Notes: generated by a model not told the origin, from the sequence alone. A stretch of DNA of 64,000 nucleotides from Vulcanimicrobiota bacterium (GCA_963795855.1 CAWCIZ010000001.1:1-64000); one strand, 5' to 3'; shown: positions 21,693 to 32,495, counted from the stretch's first letter. Made by a program: numbers and translations.

Positions 21693-21815
21693 GGCGGCGG
21701 CTTGGTCCGTATTGGTTCGACGACGGTCCCTGGCCCTGGCATGCGTAGTCGCACGAAACGATGATGACGGGGCGTCTTTTCCCAGCGCTGTAGCGATGCG
21801 CGCCTCTAGGCGCCG
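21693..21815 (-). pseudogene. possible PemK/MazF toxin remnant
   Basis: AGKRRPVIIVS, then TVVEPIRTK in another frame. Confidence 0.4.
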
Positions 21816-22156
21816 CAATTTTAAATGTCGTCGCGCTCGAGCAGACTATACGACTTTCCAAGTGCTCTGAAAGGTCAGAGATCAGTTGGACACCCGTCTC
21901 GACCGTGAGCGTTTCTTGCGTATTGTCACCGGCTGGAGCGAAGTCGCATTTGCTCAAGAACCGGAAAGTATGCGAAGGTCATTTTGCTATTGTCCTTGCT
22001 GTGCCCGGGCTTGCGCTGGGCTTCCAGGATCTCCAGAGTGGCGGTCGCTTATGCGCGTCTCCCTAATCCATAACTCTACAACGCGCCAAAGCCGTGTCAC
22101 TCGTGCCTTTTTGTAGACACGGGGCAAACGAGCGCCAGAGTCGTACGTAACGCTCT

Positions 22157-24125
22157 ATGATTCGCAGCCTTTTCGCCGCGCTGCTCGCGGTGTCCGTCGC
22201 TCAAACCGGCGGAAGCATTCGCGGATTCGCGCCATCGCAACTTGCCGCCGAACGCGGCTACGAAACGATCGTGAATTCCTCTCCCAATGCCGCGCAAGCA
22301 ATGCGCGACGAACTGGGCATGGCTTCCTACGTTCATCGCATGGGGCAAACCGGCGATAAACGCTCGGCGATCTATTTCCGCGATCAGCTGGCGAAGGCCG
22401 GTTGGGACGCGCGTTTGGTCGAATACGACGTCGCCATCGCCTACCCGACGACTGAAACGCTGACGGTTACCGCGCCTAAGGCTCAAAGCATCGACCTGTA
22501 TGAGCCCGCCGTTCCCGGCGATCCGTATTCACGGAATCACGCCGCAATCGGCGCGCCGTACTCCGCGTATGCAGTGGACGGCGACGTCACCGGCCCCGTG
22601 GTATATGCGAACTACGGAAGGCCGGAAGATTACGCCCAGACTCGCGGCGATGGGTGTTTCGGTTCGCGGAGCCATCATCGTTGCGCGCGTCGGGGGCGGC
22701 GGAAGCCTGACGGGCAAGGCGTACGAAGCTGCAAAGCACGGCGCAAAGGCGGTGTTGTTGTTTTCGGATCCGATGACCGGCGGCTATTGGGACGGCGACG
22801 TCTATCCGAAGGGTCCCTATCGCCCGCTTGGCGGCGCAATGCGCAATACGCTCACGCTTCTGGACGATCCCGGCGATCCGACCGCAATCGGAATTCCGCT
22901 TCCGGGCGCGAAACACAAACCGTTCTCGGCGATCGATCTTCCGTCGATTCCCGAAACGCCGATCACCGCGCTTGTCGCGCGGCAATTGCTTGCAGCGATG
23001 AACGGCCCGAGCGTTCCTCCGGAATGGCACCCGGGCTTTGCCATGACCGTTCACACCGGCGGAAGTGCACGCGCCCATTTCGTCATCAAATCCCGGCGCT
23101 TCATCGGACCGATTTGGGATGTGATTGCAACGATGCGCGGCAAAGATCCGAAGCAAATGGTGATCGTCGGCGGTCATCGCGATGCATGGACGTACGGTGC
23201 AGTCGATCCGATCAGCGGAAGCGTCGACATGCTGCAGCTGGGGCGCGCACTCGGCAAACTAAAGGCGCAGGGCTGGCAGCCGCAACGCACGATCGTCATC
23301 GGATCGTGGGACGGAGAAGAGACGAATCTCTTCGGCAGCGCGGAATGGGTTTATCAGCACGAAGCGCCTTTGCGCAGCGGGCTGGTCGCGTACATCAATA
23401 CGGACGAAGTCGCATTCGGACCGCATTTCGGTGCATACGGAACTCCCGATTTGGCGGGCTTTCTGCGGGATGCTGCCGACGCAGCGGTCGCGCCGGATGG
23501 CAAGCGTCTGAGCGCGTATTGGCGCGCGCAAGATCCGAAACTCGACGTACGTCCGGCCGGCGCGGGCAGCGATCACGAGGCATTCGTCTATCACGAAGGC
23601 TTGCCGGCTGCCGGCGGCGGTTACGGCGGACCGTTCGGCACGTATCATTCCGCATACGACGATCCCGCTTCGCTTCGCATCTTCGATCCGGGCATGCGTG
23701 AAGCGGATGCAGCGGCGCGCTATACCGGGTTGCTCGTCTTGCGCCTTGCCGACGCGATGTATCCGGACATCCGGCTCGCCGATCTTGCAAGTGCGGTACA
23801 GCAACGCATTGTGAAAGCGAAGGCGAGTGCTCTAGCATCGGATGCGCAGGCGTTCGCCTCGGCCGCGGCCGCGCTGGATAGCGATGCGCAAACTGCGGTC
23901 GCACGCGGTGACGTCGTGCGTGCAAACGCCGACCAAGCGCGTTTGCGCAGCGCCGAAGCGGCGTTCTTTGACGCTAATGCTAAAACGTGGAACCGTTCGT
24001 TGCTCTACAGTACGGAGCGGCGTGGCGCGGATATCTTGCCGTCGCTTGAAAAGGATCCGCAGCGCATCGACGCGGCTCTGCGCGCAGCGACCGCCGCGGC
24101 AGCGCTCGAAGCGGCGCCGGCGTAG
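22157..24125 (+). CDS. M28 peptidase, glutamate carboxypeptidase II-like with PA domain (frameshift near 22640)
   Basis: Signal peptide, VVYANYG, GGHRDAW, GAVDP, WDGEE, GSDH, YHSAYD. Confidence 0.92.
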
Positions 24126-24181
24126 ATACGGCGAAAAAACTGCGGCAGAAGACCGGTACAGGCGCGTCGAACGCGTACCCC

Positions 24182-24601
24182 ATGGAAGCACTGGACCTCT
24201 CGCAAAGCCCGCCTCGCAGTCCGTACGTGGAACTCGGTGGGGTACTCTTGCTCGCGCGAACGATAGACAAGATTCGCGCGACCTTACCGGGTGGAAACCT
24301 CGGCGCATACCGCATTGCGGGATTCAGTTCGCAGTTGCTCGATAAACTCGGCATAAACGAAGACGACCTTCGGGCGGTTGTCGCGCTCGCGAACACCGAG
24401 GCGGACGTGCTTGCGTGGGTTCAAAAGCACAGCGATCCCTCGACATACAGGCGGATCAACGAACACTTCGAGGCGCAGACGGTGGGGCAGCGCGGAGCAG
24501 ATTATTTTGAAAGATATCCGCTGGCCAGGTCGCTGCCTGGGGAGACAACGTTGCTGCGCGTCCTCGAACTCGACGACGCCCGCAGTTTCGACGGCATCTA
24601 A
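24182..24601 (+). CDS. DUF5069-like protein
   Basis: DLSQSPPRSP..LGG..LARTIDKIRA..G.LG.Y. Confidence 0.8.
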   Translation: MEALDLSQSPPRSPYVELGGVLLLARTIDKIRATLPGGNLGAYRIAGFSSQLLDKLGINEDDLRAVVALANTEADVLAWVQKHSDPSTYRRINEHFEAQTVGQRGADYFERYPLARSLPGETTLLRVLELDDARSFDGI

Positions 24602-24630
24602 TCCATTGGCGAAGCTCTTAAGAGTTTGCG

Positions 24631-25080
24631 ATGGCTTCTAAGCAATTCGCCGCAGGTCGGATTGCTTGGTTCGGCAATCGACTTGCCGCGGCAGTAGTTG
24701 GCGCAGCGTTACTAGGCGCTTTTATTTCCACTGCAGCGAACGTGTATCTCGACCTTACGACACGGCCGGGACCAGGCGCGAACCTGATAGGAGGGTACAT
24801 TTATTGGGCGGTTTATTTCGCGATTGCGGCAGTCGTTCTCGGAACGATTCCAGGAACGCTCGTGTTATGTCTAACTCGCGCACGCTATCGTCCCTGGCGC
24901 TCGTTACCGATATTGCTCGCGGGTGCGGCTATGGGATTCGCACTCGTAGCGGTCGCCTTCTGGAATCAACCCGGTACTGCTGCAAATCAAATTCCCACGG
25001 CTGTTGCCACCTTCGCCGGGCCTAGCATAGGCGGACTGGTTGCGTCCCTTTTTATCCGTGGCCCATCCGCTTTGACGTAG
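24631..25080 (+). CDS. hypothetical membrane protein (about 4 TM)
   Basis: Hydrophobic 149-aa ORF. Confidence 0.6.
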   Translation: MASKQFAAGRIAWFGNRLAAAVVGAALLGAFISTAANVYLDLTTRPGPGANLIGGYIYWAVYFAIAAVVLGTIPGTLVLCLTRARYRPWRSLPILLAGAAMGFALVAVAFWNQPGTAANQIPTAVATFAGPSIGGLVASLFIRGPSALT

Positions 25081-25116
25081 CGGGTACTGCTACGGCGCGT
25101 TTGCCAAGCGCCGATT

Positions 25117-25515
25117 CTAGCACGCGGCCAGTGACATCCCACTGCAGTCCGACAGCAATCCGGCGAGTGCGTCGAGTGCCCGTTCCAGGTCGATGACATT
25201 CAACAAAATCGTCGATGAGCTGCGCGAGTTTGGTTGCACTTTCGATCTCGTTGGCGTAACGCATGATTCGCATCGCGCCGACGCAGCGGGCACCCTCTCG
25301 CAGCTGTCGCAGAGGTAAAACACCGACTTCAAATCTTCGCCGGCGGCCGCCGTCATAATGCGCTGCGCGGTTTCCCACGCGTCCGGAAGCCAGACTTTTC
25401 GGGCGAAATGAAACGCGGCATCGACGTCGGAGTCGAAGAATTCCGCAACGCGCGCAAGGTCCTGCGGGTTCAAGCACAACGCAGCCAAATCGACGTCCGG
25501 AATCGACACGTCCAC
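25117..25515 (-). CDS. hypothetical protein with Cys pairs (3' end uncertain)
   Basis: GGAGGG RBS; LCDSCE and RCESC motifs. Confidence 0.5.
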   Translation of the reverse strand: MDVSIPDVDLAALCLNPQDLARVAEFFDSDVDAAFHFARKVWLPDAWETAQRIMTAAAGEDLKSVFYLCDSCERVPAASARCESCVTPTRSKVQPNSRSSSTILLNVIDLERALDALAGLLSDCSGMSLAAC

Positions 25516-25752
25516 CCCTCCATGACGACGGAAAGCGGCCAGTATAAGAACCGCCGCCGGCGCATCATGCGCCTCCTTGCTTTATAGGCCTATCGGCTCA
25601 TTTGGTGATTCGACAAAACTCGCAGCGCCGTGTCAAGAACTTGCTAAGACGCGTAACGGCAATAAGTATTTTGGCCTATGGTCCGATGATTGTCTTTGGG
25701 TGGCCGGGTGTGCGGTTTTAGAGCTTCCGCAAAAGGTCCGACTACTATTCGC

Positions 25753-25787
25753 AAAAGGCCCCGGCTTCGTTACACCGGGGCCTTTCG
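25753..25787 (+). terminator. hairpin/terminator upstream of a secreted-protein gene
   Basis: AAAGGCCCCGG...CCGGGGCCTTT. Confidence 0.6.
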
Positions 25788-25837
25788 ATTTGCTCGGAAC
25801 TTCGATTCGGCGCATTTCGTTATGTAAACGAAAAGCT

Positions 25838-26245
25838 ATGATTACCACACGTTTTCTTCGGCCGGCGGCCTTCGCGCTCGCGGCCGCAACGCTCGGCGCT
25901 CCTGCAATTTCGCAAGCCGCCACGCAGCCCAGTACTGCACCCGTAAAGTCGACGTTCGAGACCAGCATGCAGCCCATCACCGGTCTTGGCGCGCCGTGGA
26001 CCGGAACGCTGCAGTTGACGATGAACCCGGACGGGATCATTCAGGGCTATTACAGATCAGGCGACAATTTTGGTGCACTCATTCCAGTGACCGGCGGCCG
26101 TACCGGAGACTCGGTATGGATGGATATCGGCACGATGGGCCGCTTGCGCGTGAGCGGCACGCTTCGCGATGGCGTCATCACCGGAACCGCGATTGACGCA
26201 AGGACGAACGAACCTTACGGATTCACCGCCCGAATTTCGGGCTAG
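25838..26245 (+). CDS. secreted beta-rich hypothetical protein
   Basis: Signal peptide MITTRFLRPAAFALAAATLG...SQA; WTGTLQL..GIIQGYY. Confidence 0.7.
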   Translation: MITTRFLRPAAFALAAATLGAPAISQAATQPSTAPVKSTFETSMQPITGLGAPWTGTLQLTMNPDGIIQGYYRSGDNFGALIPVTGGRTGDSVWMDIGTMGRLRVSGTLRDGVITGTAIDARTNEPYGFTARISG

Positions 26246-26272
26246 TCCGGCACGCCTCAACGCCCGCAAATC

Positions 26273-26304
26273 AAAAAGAGAACCGGCGAACCGGTTCTCT
26301 TTTT
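26273..26304. terminator. bidirectional intrinsic terminator
   Basis: AAAAAGAGAACCGG-CGAA-CCGGTTCTCTTTTT. Confidence 0.9.
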
Positions 26305-26321
26305 CATAAGAGTGGCTGCAG

Positions 26322-26585
26322 TTAAGTGGCGGTCCGTCTGCCGCTTATCAAGCGGATGATGAAGAGTAAAATGACCGCCCCGACGATCGCGCAGATCAGA
26401 CTGCCGATGTTGAAGCCGGTAATGCCGACGTGGCCGAATCGCGAGTAGACCCATCCGCCGATGAAGGCGCCGATGATGCCCACGATGATGTCGCCCAGAA
26501 TCCCGCCGGGGCCTTCCCCGGGAACGATCCACTTGGCAATGAGCCCGGCAATCAAGCCGAGGACGATCCATGCAATGATTCCCAT
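26322..26585 (-). CDS. GlsB/YeaQ/YmgE family stress membrane protein
   Basis: MGIIAWIVLGLIAGLIAKWIVPG...IIVGIIGAFIGG. Confidence 0.92.
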   Translation of the reverse strand: MGIIAWIVLGLIAGLIAKWIVPGEGPGGILGDIIVGIIGAFIGGWVYSRFGHVGITGFNIGSLICAIVGAVILLFIIRLISGRRTAT

Positions 26586-26642
26586 ATGTAAGCGCGCTCC
26601 TACAGCGGGAGGTGATGGCCCGCTAGCGCTTTCTTACCCCGA

Positions 26643-28556
26643 TTAATGCGCCGCCACGATTTTGGCCAACATATCGGCTTTGCCCGGGATTCGAACCAGG
26701 TGAGGATAGCGCAGCCCGTCATGATACGCGACCGTGTAGGTTGAAACGCTCCCGCTCTGCGCGCCGATGATCGTGATGTTGCCCCCGTGTTCTGCCGTCT
26801 TTACGGCGTACTCCAGCACGCTCGGATCCCATTCTTGCCCATCGACGGCGAGAATCTTGACCCCTGGCCCGAGACCCGCTTTCCACGCGGCCGAATTTTC
26901 CCGGACGTCGCGGACCTCGCCCTTGGCGTTGATGGTAAATCCGAGCGAATACCAATCATTTACGGCGTGCGAGAGCGAACTGCGCGCTTGCACGAATTTG
27001 TTCGGCTTGTCGTTGTAAACGAGTTTCCAGCCCGCGCGCGCCAAATCGTCACTCGGCGGATGCGGGGAAACTTCATAGACGTAGCGCTGGAAGAACCCGT
27101 GCCAGTCGTAGGGTACGACCGATGAAAGCGTTCGCTCCACGTCGTCGCGCGTGTACGTCTTGGTAATCGGCCCGGTTACGCTGGGTTCGGTGAAAGCGTG
27201 CAAGAACGTGTCGAGCGATTTCGCGCCGCCCGTTTGCTGACGGATGATCGTGTCCACGTCGAGCCAGATCAGTTCGCCTTCCGTATAAAAGTCGTTCGCG
27301 GTGCGGCGAATCGAGTCGTATTCGCCACCGGCCTCGTACAGATACGGCGCGGCCGTGGTCGTGTCGATGAGCGGTTCCGTGCTGCGTCCCGGCTCGCTAT
27401 CCATTTCGGCCCAAATGCCGGCGAGGTATTCGGGATAATCCTTCGGATTGATGATGCCGCTGCGGTATGCCAGCATGTCGCCCAAATACTGGTTCATGCC
27501 TTCATAGACCCAGAGCAAATCGGTGCGCTGCGGAATCTGAAAATTGAGCGTCGTGAGGTCGTACGGGCGGCGGTATTTGCCGTTCCACGAGTGCGAAAGC
27601 TCGTGGGTCACCAAATCGCCCCCGGTCAATTGCTCTTGCGGATTCGTGAGAAAATCATCGGGCGCGCGATCGTCGCTGCTCTGATGATGTTCGATGCCTT
27701 GGAACCCGATTGCATCGCTAAGCGCGAGCAGCGAGTGATACCACGTCCAGTGACGCGATCCGTAAAGCGCGAAGGCTTGTTTCGGCATGCGCTTATAGGC
27801 CGCCATCACATCGGGCGCAACGTCCAAATCCTGCGGTTTGTCCGCGAAGATGTCGAACCACTGCGTCGCATTTCCGTTTTGCCAGAGAAGCACGTGTTTG
27901 TAATAGCGCGCCATGTCGAGCGGCGAGTCGATGAGCCTGTTGAGCGGCGTCACGTCGAAATCGATCCGGTCGCCGCTCTGACGAGCGCCGTAAAGTGCCG
28001 TCGCGTAACCCCACGAATGCGGAAGCACGATGCTCGGTTTTACGTAATAGTCGTGCGAGTTGACGTCGTTCTGGTAGAACAGGTCGCGGTTCCAGTTGAT
28101 GATGGCGACGTTCTTGCTCGACATCGTGTCGGGGGCATTCGTCAGCACCGTGAAATCGACGTCGATGCGCGATACGCCGCTCGGCACGTCTACGTGAAAC
28201 GCGTACATGTCCACGACGTCGCGCTGCCACGTCAGCGCATGCCCGTTTGCGCTCACGCGCACTTCGGAAATGTTGGCGAGCGGCCCGGTCGGTCCGTGCT
28301 CGCCCGGAATCCATTTCGGATAGACGAACGTGAACGCACCCGGCTTGACCGGGATGCTCATGTGGGAGTACATCAATCCTCGCGACGCTTCACGCGCGTC
28401 GAGAACGAGGGTCATCGGATTGCTTTGCGTTGCATACGAGGTCGCGGCGGGAACTTCCGGCGTGAATGCATTCGTGTCCGTGGTCTGCGCCGGTGCGGCG
28501 GCACTGCCGGCAGCGAGCATCGCAATAAGCAAGGCGGGCATAAGTGCGTGCTTCAT
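26643..28556 (-). CDS. M61 glycyl aminopeptidase with PDZ domain
   Basis: PKWIPGEH, IDSP, GIEH, HELSHSWNGK, LWVYEG, C-terminal PDZ. Confidence 0.92.
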   Translation of the reverse strand: MKHALMPALLIAMLAAGSAAAPAQTTDTNAFTPEVPAATSYATQSNPMTLVLDAREASRGLMYSHMSIPVKPGAFTFVYPKWIPGEHGPTGPLANISEVRVSANGHALTWQRDVVDMYAFHVDVPSGVSRIDVDFTVLTNAPDTMSSKNVAIINWNRDLFYQNDVNSHDYYVKPSIVLPHSWGYATALYGARQSGDRIDFDVTPLNRLIDSPLDMARYYKHVLLWQNGNATQWFDIFADKPQDLDVAPDVMAAYKRMPKQAFALYGSRHWTWYHSLLALSDAIGFQGIEHHQSSDDRAPDDFLTNPQEQLTGGDLVTHELSHSWNGKYRRPYDLTTLNFQIPQRTDLLWVYEGMNQYLGDMLAYRSGIINPKDYPEYLAGIWAEMDSEPGRSTEPLIDTTTAAPYLYEAGGEYDSIRRTANDFYTEGELIWLDVDTIIRQQTGGAKSLDTFLHAFTEPSVTGPITKTYTRDDVERTLSSVVPYDWHGFFQRYVYEVSPHPPSDDLARAGWKLVYNDKPNKFVQARSSLSHAVNDWYSLGFTINAKGEVRDVRENSAAWKAGLGPGVKILAVDGQEWDPSVLEYAVKTAEHGGNITIIGAQSGSVSTYTVAYHDGLRYPHLVRIPGKADMLAKIVAAH

Positions 28557-28615
28557 GGCCGGAATGTTTGTCGCAAAGCGGCCCATTTCCCTGAAAAGCC
28601 GGGTACAACTGCGCC

Positions 28616-28816
28616 ATGGACAAACTCGAGCGCGACCGGCGCGGCGAAATCTTCCAGGACGAGCTGACCGAGAACCAAAGCAAGCCTCGCGGCACTTCGC
28701 GCGAGGACAGCGAGCAGCAGGCGAAATACGACCCCGGCGTCGACTCTCAAGAAGCGGACGAGACGATGGCGCAAGACCGCTTCGGACGCAACGAGCAAAA
28801 GCGCGACGACGGCTAG
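28616..28816 (+). CDS. small acidic hydrophilic protein
   Basis: 66 aa, D/E/Q/R-rich, adjacent to the HAD gene. Confidence 0.6.
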   Translation: MDKLERDRRGEIFQDELTENQSKPRGTSREDSEQQAKYDPGVDSQEADETMAQDRFGRNEQKRDDG

Positions 28817-28817
28817 C

Positions 28818-29519
28818 GTGGCGCGTTTCATCCTCGATCTGGACGGCACGCTCGTCGATAGCGTCTACCAGCATGTCTATGCGTGGCATATCGCGCTGCA
28901 GTCGTCCGGGTACGATTTGCCGATGTGGCAGATTCACCGGAAGATCGGAATGAGCGGCGGATTGCTGATCCGCGGCCTTGCGAACGAACTCGGCACGCCT
29001 ATCGACGAGAGTGCGCGCAAAGCGCTCGAATCGCGTCACTCGCAAGAATTTGCGCGAATGCGCTCCACCATCGCGCCGTTTCCGGGTGCGCGCGAACTGC
29101 TCAAAACGTTGAAGCGTGCGAACGTGCCCTTCGCAATCGCCACGAGCGGTGACAAGTCCGACGTGGAACCGCTGCTTCGTTTGGTCGACCTCGAAGAAAG
29201 CGTGCCGGTAATTTTCAAATCCGACGCGCCTCTGCCCAAGCCGGATCCCGGCCTATTGCTCGCCGCCGCGGCAAAACTTCCGAACTCATCCGAAGATACG
29301 CTGGTCGTGGGCGACAGCGTCTGGGACATGCTTGCATCTCGGCGCGCGCACTTTTTGGGTATTGGTCTGCTCACCGGCGGGTATGCTGAAAGCGAATTGA
29401 CGGCCGCCGGAGCCTACCGCGTCTACGCGGACCCCGCGCACATGCTCGCGCATTTGCATGAAATCGGCGTCGTTACGGAGGCAACATGGAACGGCAACGT
29501 TACAGCGACGAAGACTTAG
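28818..29519 (+). CDS. HAD family hydrolase
   Basis: DLDGTLVDS, ATSG, KPDP, VGDSVWD. Confidence 0.92.
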   Translation: MARFILDLDGTLVDSVYQHVYAWHIALQSSGYDLPMWQIHRKIGMSGGLLIRGLANELGTPIDESARKALESRHSQEFARMRSTIAPFPGARELLKTLKRANVPFAIATSGDKSDVEPLLRLVDLEESVPVIFKSDAPLPKPDPGLLLAAAAKLPNSSEDTLVVGDSVWDMLASRRAHFLGIGLLTGGYAESELTAAGAYRVYADPAHMLAHLHEIGVVTEATWNGNVTATKT

Positions 29520-29728
29520 TCGAACGCGAAATCGAGAACGAGACCGTCTCTCCCGAATCGCCGGAGGATACGGAAGTCGAACGCCGCTCGGGACCCGACG
29601 CGGTTCGCGAGGTCGAACCGCAGCGTCCGCGCGAGCGCGCCGAAGCTATCTACGGCGAAACCGACTTGGATCCGAATCGCCAGGACCAGCGCTCGGCGCA
29701 TCACGCCGAGAGCGAAGAGCACATCTAG
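29486..29728 (+). CDS. small acidic hydrophilic protein
   Basis: GGAGG RBS, E/R-rich, 80 aa. Confidence 0.6.
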   Translation: MERQRYSDEDLVEREIENETVSPESPEDTEVERRSGPDAVREVEPQRPRERAEAIYGETDLDPNRQDQRSAHHAESEEHI

Positions 29729-29735
29729 CCGTTTC

Positions 29736-30542
29736 CTAAAATCGCGCGCCGATTCCGAATCCGACGTAATGCGCGCGGCTCAGATCGGTCGTCGTGCGGC
29801 CGGCTTCCACGTCGACTTCGAACGCCGGAGTGAGTAAGTATTGAAAGGCGGCGTCCAAACCGAATTGTGCGACGCCGCTGGGACGACTGCGCGTCAGGCC
29901 GAACGCCTCGACGAAGGCTTGGGCGCGCGGACTCCACTGATCGCTGAGCACGACCGATGGCGCGAGAGCGAAAAACCGCCCTGCGGAGCCGTTGGTATCT
30001 GCGGCATACGCGCTTTGGAATCCCAGCGTGGAACTGAAGCTGAAACGCGACGATAGCGAGGTCGTGTAATCGGCATTGACCGTTACGAACGGCGAGCCCG
30101 CGGTAAACTGCGCGCCGCCGGTCGGCGCCGTGTACAGAAAATCGGTGCCGAAGGCGCTGCTGCCGTCATGCCAAAATTCATATTTCGCGCCCACCCCGCT
30201 GTCGTAAAACCCAGCACTGCGCATGCCCGAATTCGATTGCACGGCGTATGCCGGACCGATGAAGTCGACCTCGAGGTTCGGCGCCGCGCCGAAGCGGAGA
30301 AAGCCGGCCGGATATGCGGCGAGCAGCGAGTCGCCGCGAAAATTCGCGTACCCCAATTCCGCCAGGCTCTCGTGCGGTTTGACCGCGCACGGACTATATC
30401 CGATGCTCGGACGGTCGAGCGTCGCCAGCAAGCCCGTATGCGCACCGCCGCAGACGTCGGAAGGCGTCGGAGAGGCCGCCGGCACGGGTGACGGTGCGGT
30501 CGCTAGGCTCGCGAAAATAAGAATCATTCCGAAATTCATCAT
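29736..30542 (-). CDS. putative outer-membrane transporter/beta-barrel (MetA-pathway-like)
   Basis: DRPS..SPC.V, alternating strands, terminal GFGIGARF. Confidence 0.7.
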   Translation of the reverse strand: MMNFGMILIFASLATAPSPVPAASPTPSDVCGGAHTGLLATLDRPSIGYSPCAVKPHESLAELGYANFRGDSLLAAYPAGFLRFGAAPNLEVDFIGPAYAVQSNSGMRSAGFYDSGVGAKYEFWHDGSSAFGTDFLYTAPTGGAQFTAGSPFVTVNADYTTSLSSRFSFSSTLGFQSAYAADTNGSAGRFFALAPSVVLSDQWSPRAQAFVEAFGLTRSRPSGVAQFGLDAAFQYLLTPAFEVDVEAGRTTTDLSRAHYVGFGIGARF

Positions 30543-30663
30543 CCACAAATTGCCTCGCGCGGCAGGGGCGCACCTGCGGCTCCCACAATCAAGCCGGGTT
30601 ATCCCGCGCCCACAAGTGCTTGCATTTGTGGACGCGTCATGTTTACCGGAGGTTTTTCCCCAC

Positions 30664-31455
30664 GTGAAGATCGTGGTGACCGTAAAATTGGTCCCGGACA
30701 CGAACGCCGTCAAGCGGATCGATCCGGCGACTAAGCGGCTCGTGCGCACCGGTTTGGAGACCGTGCTTAATCCCTTCGACGAGTACGCAATCGAGGCAGC
30801 GCTTCAGCTCAAAGAAAAACTCGGCGGCGACACGACCGTCACGATCTTCACGATGGCGCCCGAGACCGGAAAAGAAACCATTCGCAAAGCGCTCGCGATG
30901 GGCGCCGACGACGCGGTCATTCTTAGCGATGCGGGCCTCGAAGGCAGCGACGTATGGGGCACGGCGTACGCAATGGCGCAAGCGCTCAAAAAGGTCGGCT
31001 TCGATCTGCTCATTGCGGGCGGCTTGGCGGACGACGGCAACACCGGCGGCGTGCCGGGTGCGCTCGCAGAGTATCTCGGCGTTCCAGGGCTGACGAACGT
31101 GCGCAAAATCGAAGAAGCGGGCGACGGCAAGATCAAAGCGCAGCGTGAAACGGACAGCGGCTATCAAGTCGTGACGGGCCCGCTTCCCGCGCTCATCACC
31201 GTAACGATGGCAGTCGGCGAACCGCGTTACGCATCGCTTAAGGGCATCATGGGCGCGAAGAAAAAAACGATCGCGGCGATGGCGCTTGCCGATCTCGGTT
31301 TGGACCGCGCAGTCGGTACCGACGGTGCGAAGACGGAAGTGCTGAACGTTTCTGCGCCAAAATTGCGCGAAAAAGCGCGCGTCGTCGAAGCGCCGGACGG
31401 CGCGACCGGGGCCCGAGCGATCTTCGACTTCCTGCGCGAGAGAAAACTCATCTGA
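30664..31455 (+). CDS. etfB: electron transfer flavoprotein beta subunit
   Basis: KIVVTVKLVPDT, NPFDEYAIEAA, EPRYASLKGIM. Confidence 0.95.
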   Translation: MKIVVTVKLVPDTNAVKRIDPATKRLVRTGLETVLNPFDEYAIEAALQLKEKLGGDTTVTIFTMAPETGKETIRKALAMGADDAVILSDAGLEGSDVWGTAYAMAQALKKVGFDLLIAGGLADDGNTGGVPGALAEYLGVPGLTNVRKIEEAGDGKIKAQRETDSGYQVVTGPLPALITVTMAVGEPRYASLKGIMGAKKKTIAAMALADLGLDRAVGTDGAKTEVLNVSAPKLREKARVVEAPDGATGARAIFDFLRERKLI

Positions 31456-32438
31456 TGCAGCACGTCATCGTTTTCGTCGAACAAAAATCCGGACAGACGC
31501 GCAAAGTGACGTACGAACTTGCGACGCAAGCGCGCGTCATTGCGGATGGCCTGGGCGGCAAAGCGCACGCAGTCGTTGCCGGTCCGGGCGCCTCGTCCGT
31601 CGTCGAACAGCTGAAGAAGTATCCGCTCGACACGATTTACGCCACCGACGACGCCGACGTCGATAAATTTTTCCTGGATCCGATCGTCGACTATGTGGAA
31701 GCCGTTGCTAAGAGCACCGGGCCGGCATTGATTCTGTTTCCGAATACCATGCTCGGGCGTGACGTCGCCGGACGCATCTGCGCTCGTTTGAACGCCGGTA
31801 TGAATTCCGACGTAACCGAGATTCACGTGGATGGCGGCAAGGCCATCGCATCGGGCCCGAAACTGCAAGGCTCCACGGTCGTCGCAAGCAGTTTCAAGAA
31901 CGCGGAGTACGGCGTGGTCACCGTTCGACCGAACGCGTTCGACGCGCAAGCCGCCGGCGGATCCGCGCAAGTGATCGATCTCGAAAAACCGGCCGGTAAG
32001 TCGTATGCCATGGTCATCGAGCGCGACGTAGAAGAAGCCTCCGGCGAAATGGGACTCGAAGAAGCGCCGGTCGTCGTCAGCGGCGGCCGCGGGCTCGGCG
32101 GTCCTGACCCGTTCACGTCGCTGCTCAAACCGCTTGCCGACGCTCTCGGCGGCGCCGTCGGCGCTTCCCGGGCGGCAGCGGACGCCGGGTGGGTGCCTTA
32201 CAGTCTCCAAATCGGGCAGACGGGGAAGGTCGTCAGCCCGCAGCTGTACGTCGCGGTCGGCATCTCGGGAGCAATCCAGCACAAGGTCGGCATGCAAACT
32301 GCCGGCACCATCGTGGCCGTCAACCGAGACGCAGCCGTGCCGATCGGCGAGTTTTCCGACCTCCTGGTCGTCGGCGATCTTTTTCAAATCATCCCGGAGC
32401 TGACGGCCATGGTCGAAGGCGCCAAAGCCCACGCGTAA
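31455..32438 (+). CDS. etfA: electron transfer flavoprotein alpha subunit
   Basis: VVSGGRG, GASRAA, QIGQTGK, GISGAIQH. Confidence 0.95.
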   Translation: MQHVIVFVEQKSGQTRKVTYELATQARVIADGLGGKAHAVVAGPGASSVVEQLKKYPLDTIYATDDADVDKFFLDPIVDYVEAVAKSTGPALILFPNTMLGRDVAGRICARLNAGMNSDVTEIHVDGGKAIASGPKLQGSTVVASSFKNAEYGVVTVRPNAFDAQAAGGSAQVIDLEKPAGKSYAMVIERDVEEASGEMGLEEAPVVVSGGRGLGGPDPFTSLLKPLADALGGAVGASRAAADAGWVPYSLQIGQTGKVVSPQLYVAVGISGAIQHKVGMQTAGTIVAVNRDAAVPIGEFSDLLVVGDLFQIIPELTAMVEGAKAHA

Positions 32439-32495
32439 TGATCGCTCCCCTCCGAGCGTTATTTGCGTAGCAACTTCAAGTAAGGACGAACGATT

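Noticed and set aside
25715..25726. GTTTTAGAGCT resembling the start of a Cas9-type repeat
   Set aside because: Single short occurrence, with no array or cas gene
27198..28667. Long antisense ORFs (also 31227-32432, 59297-60619 and others)
   Set aside because: Typical high-GC shadow ORFs opposite well-supported genes
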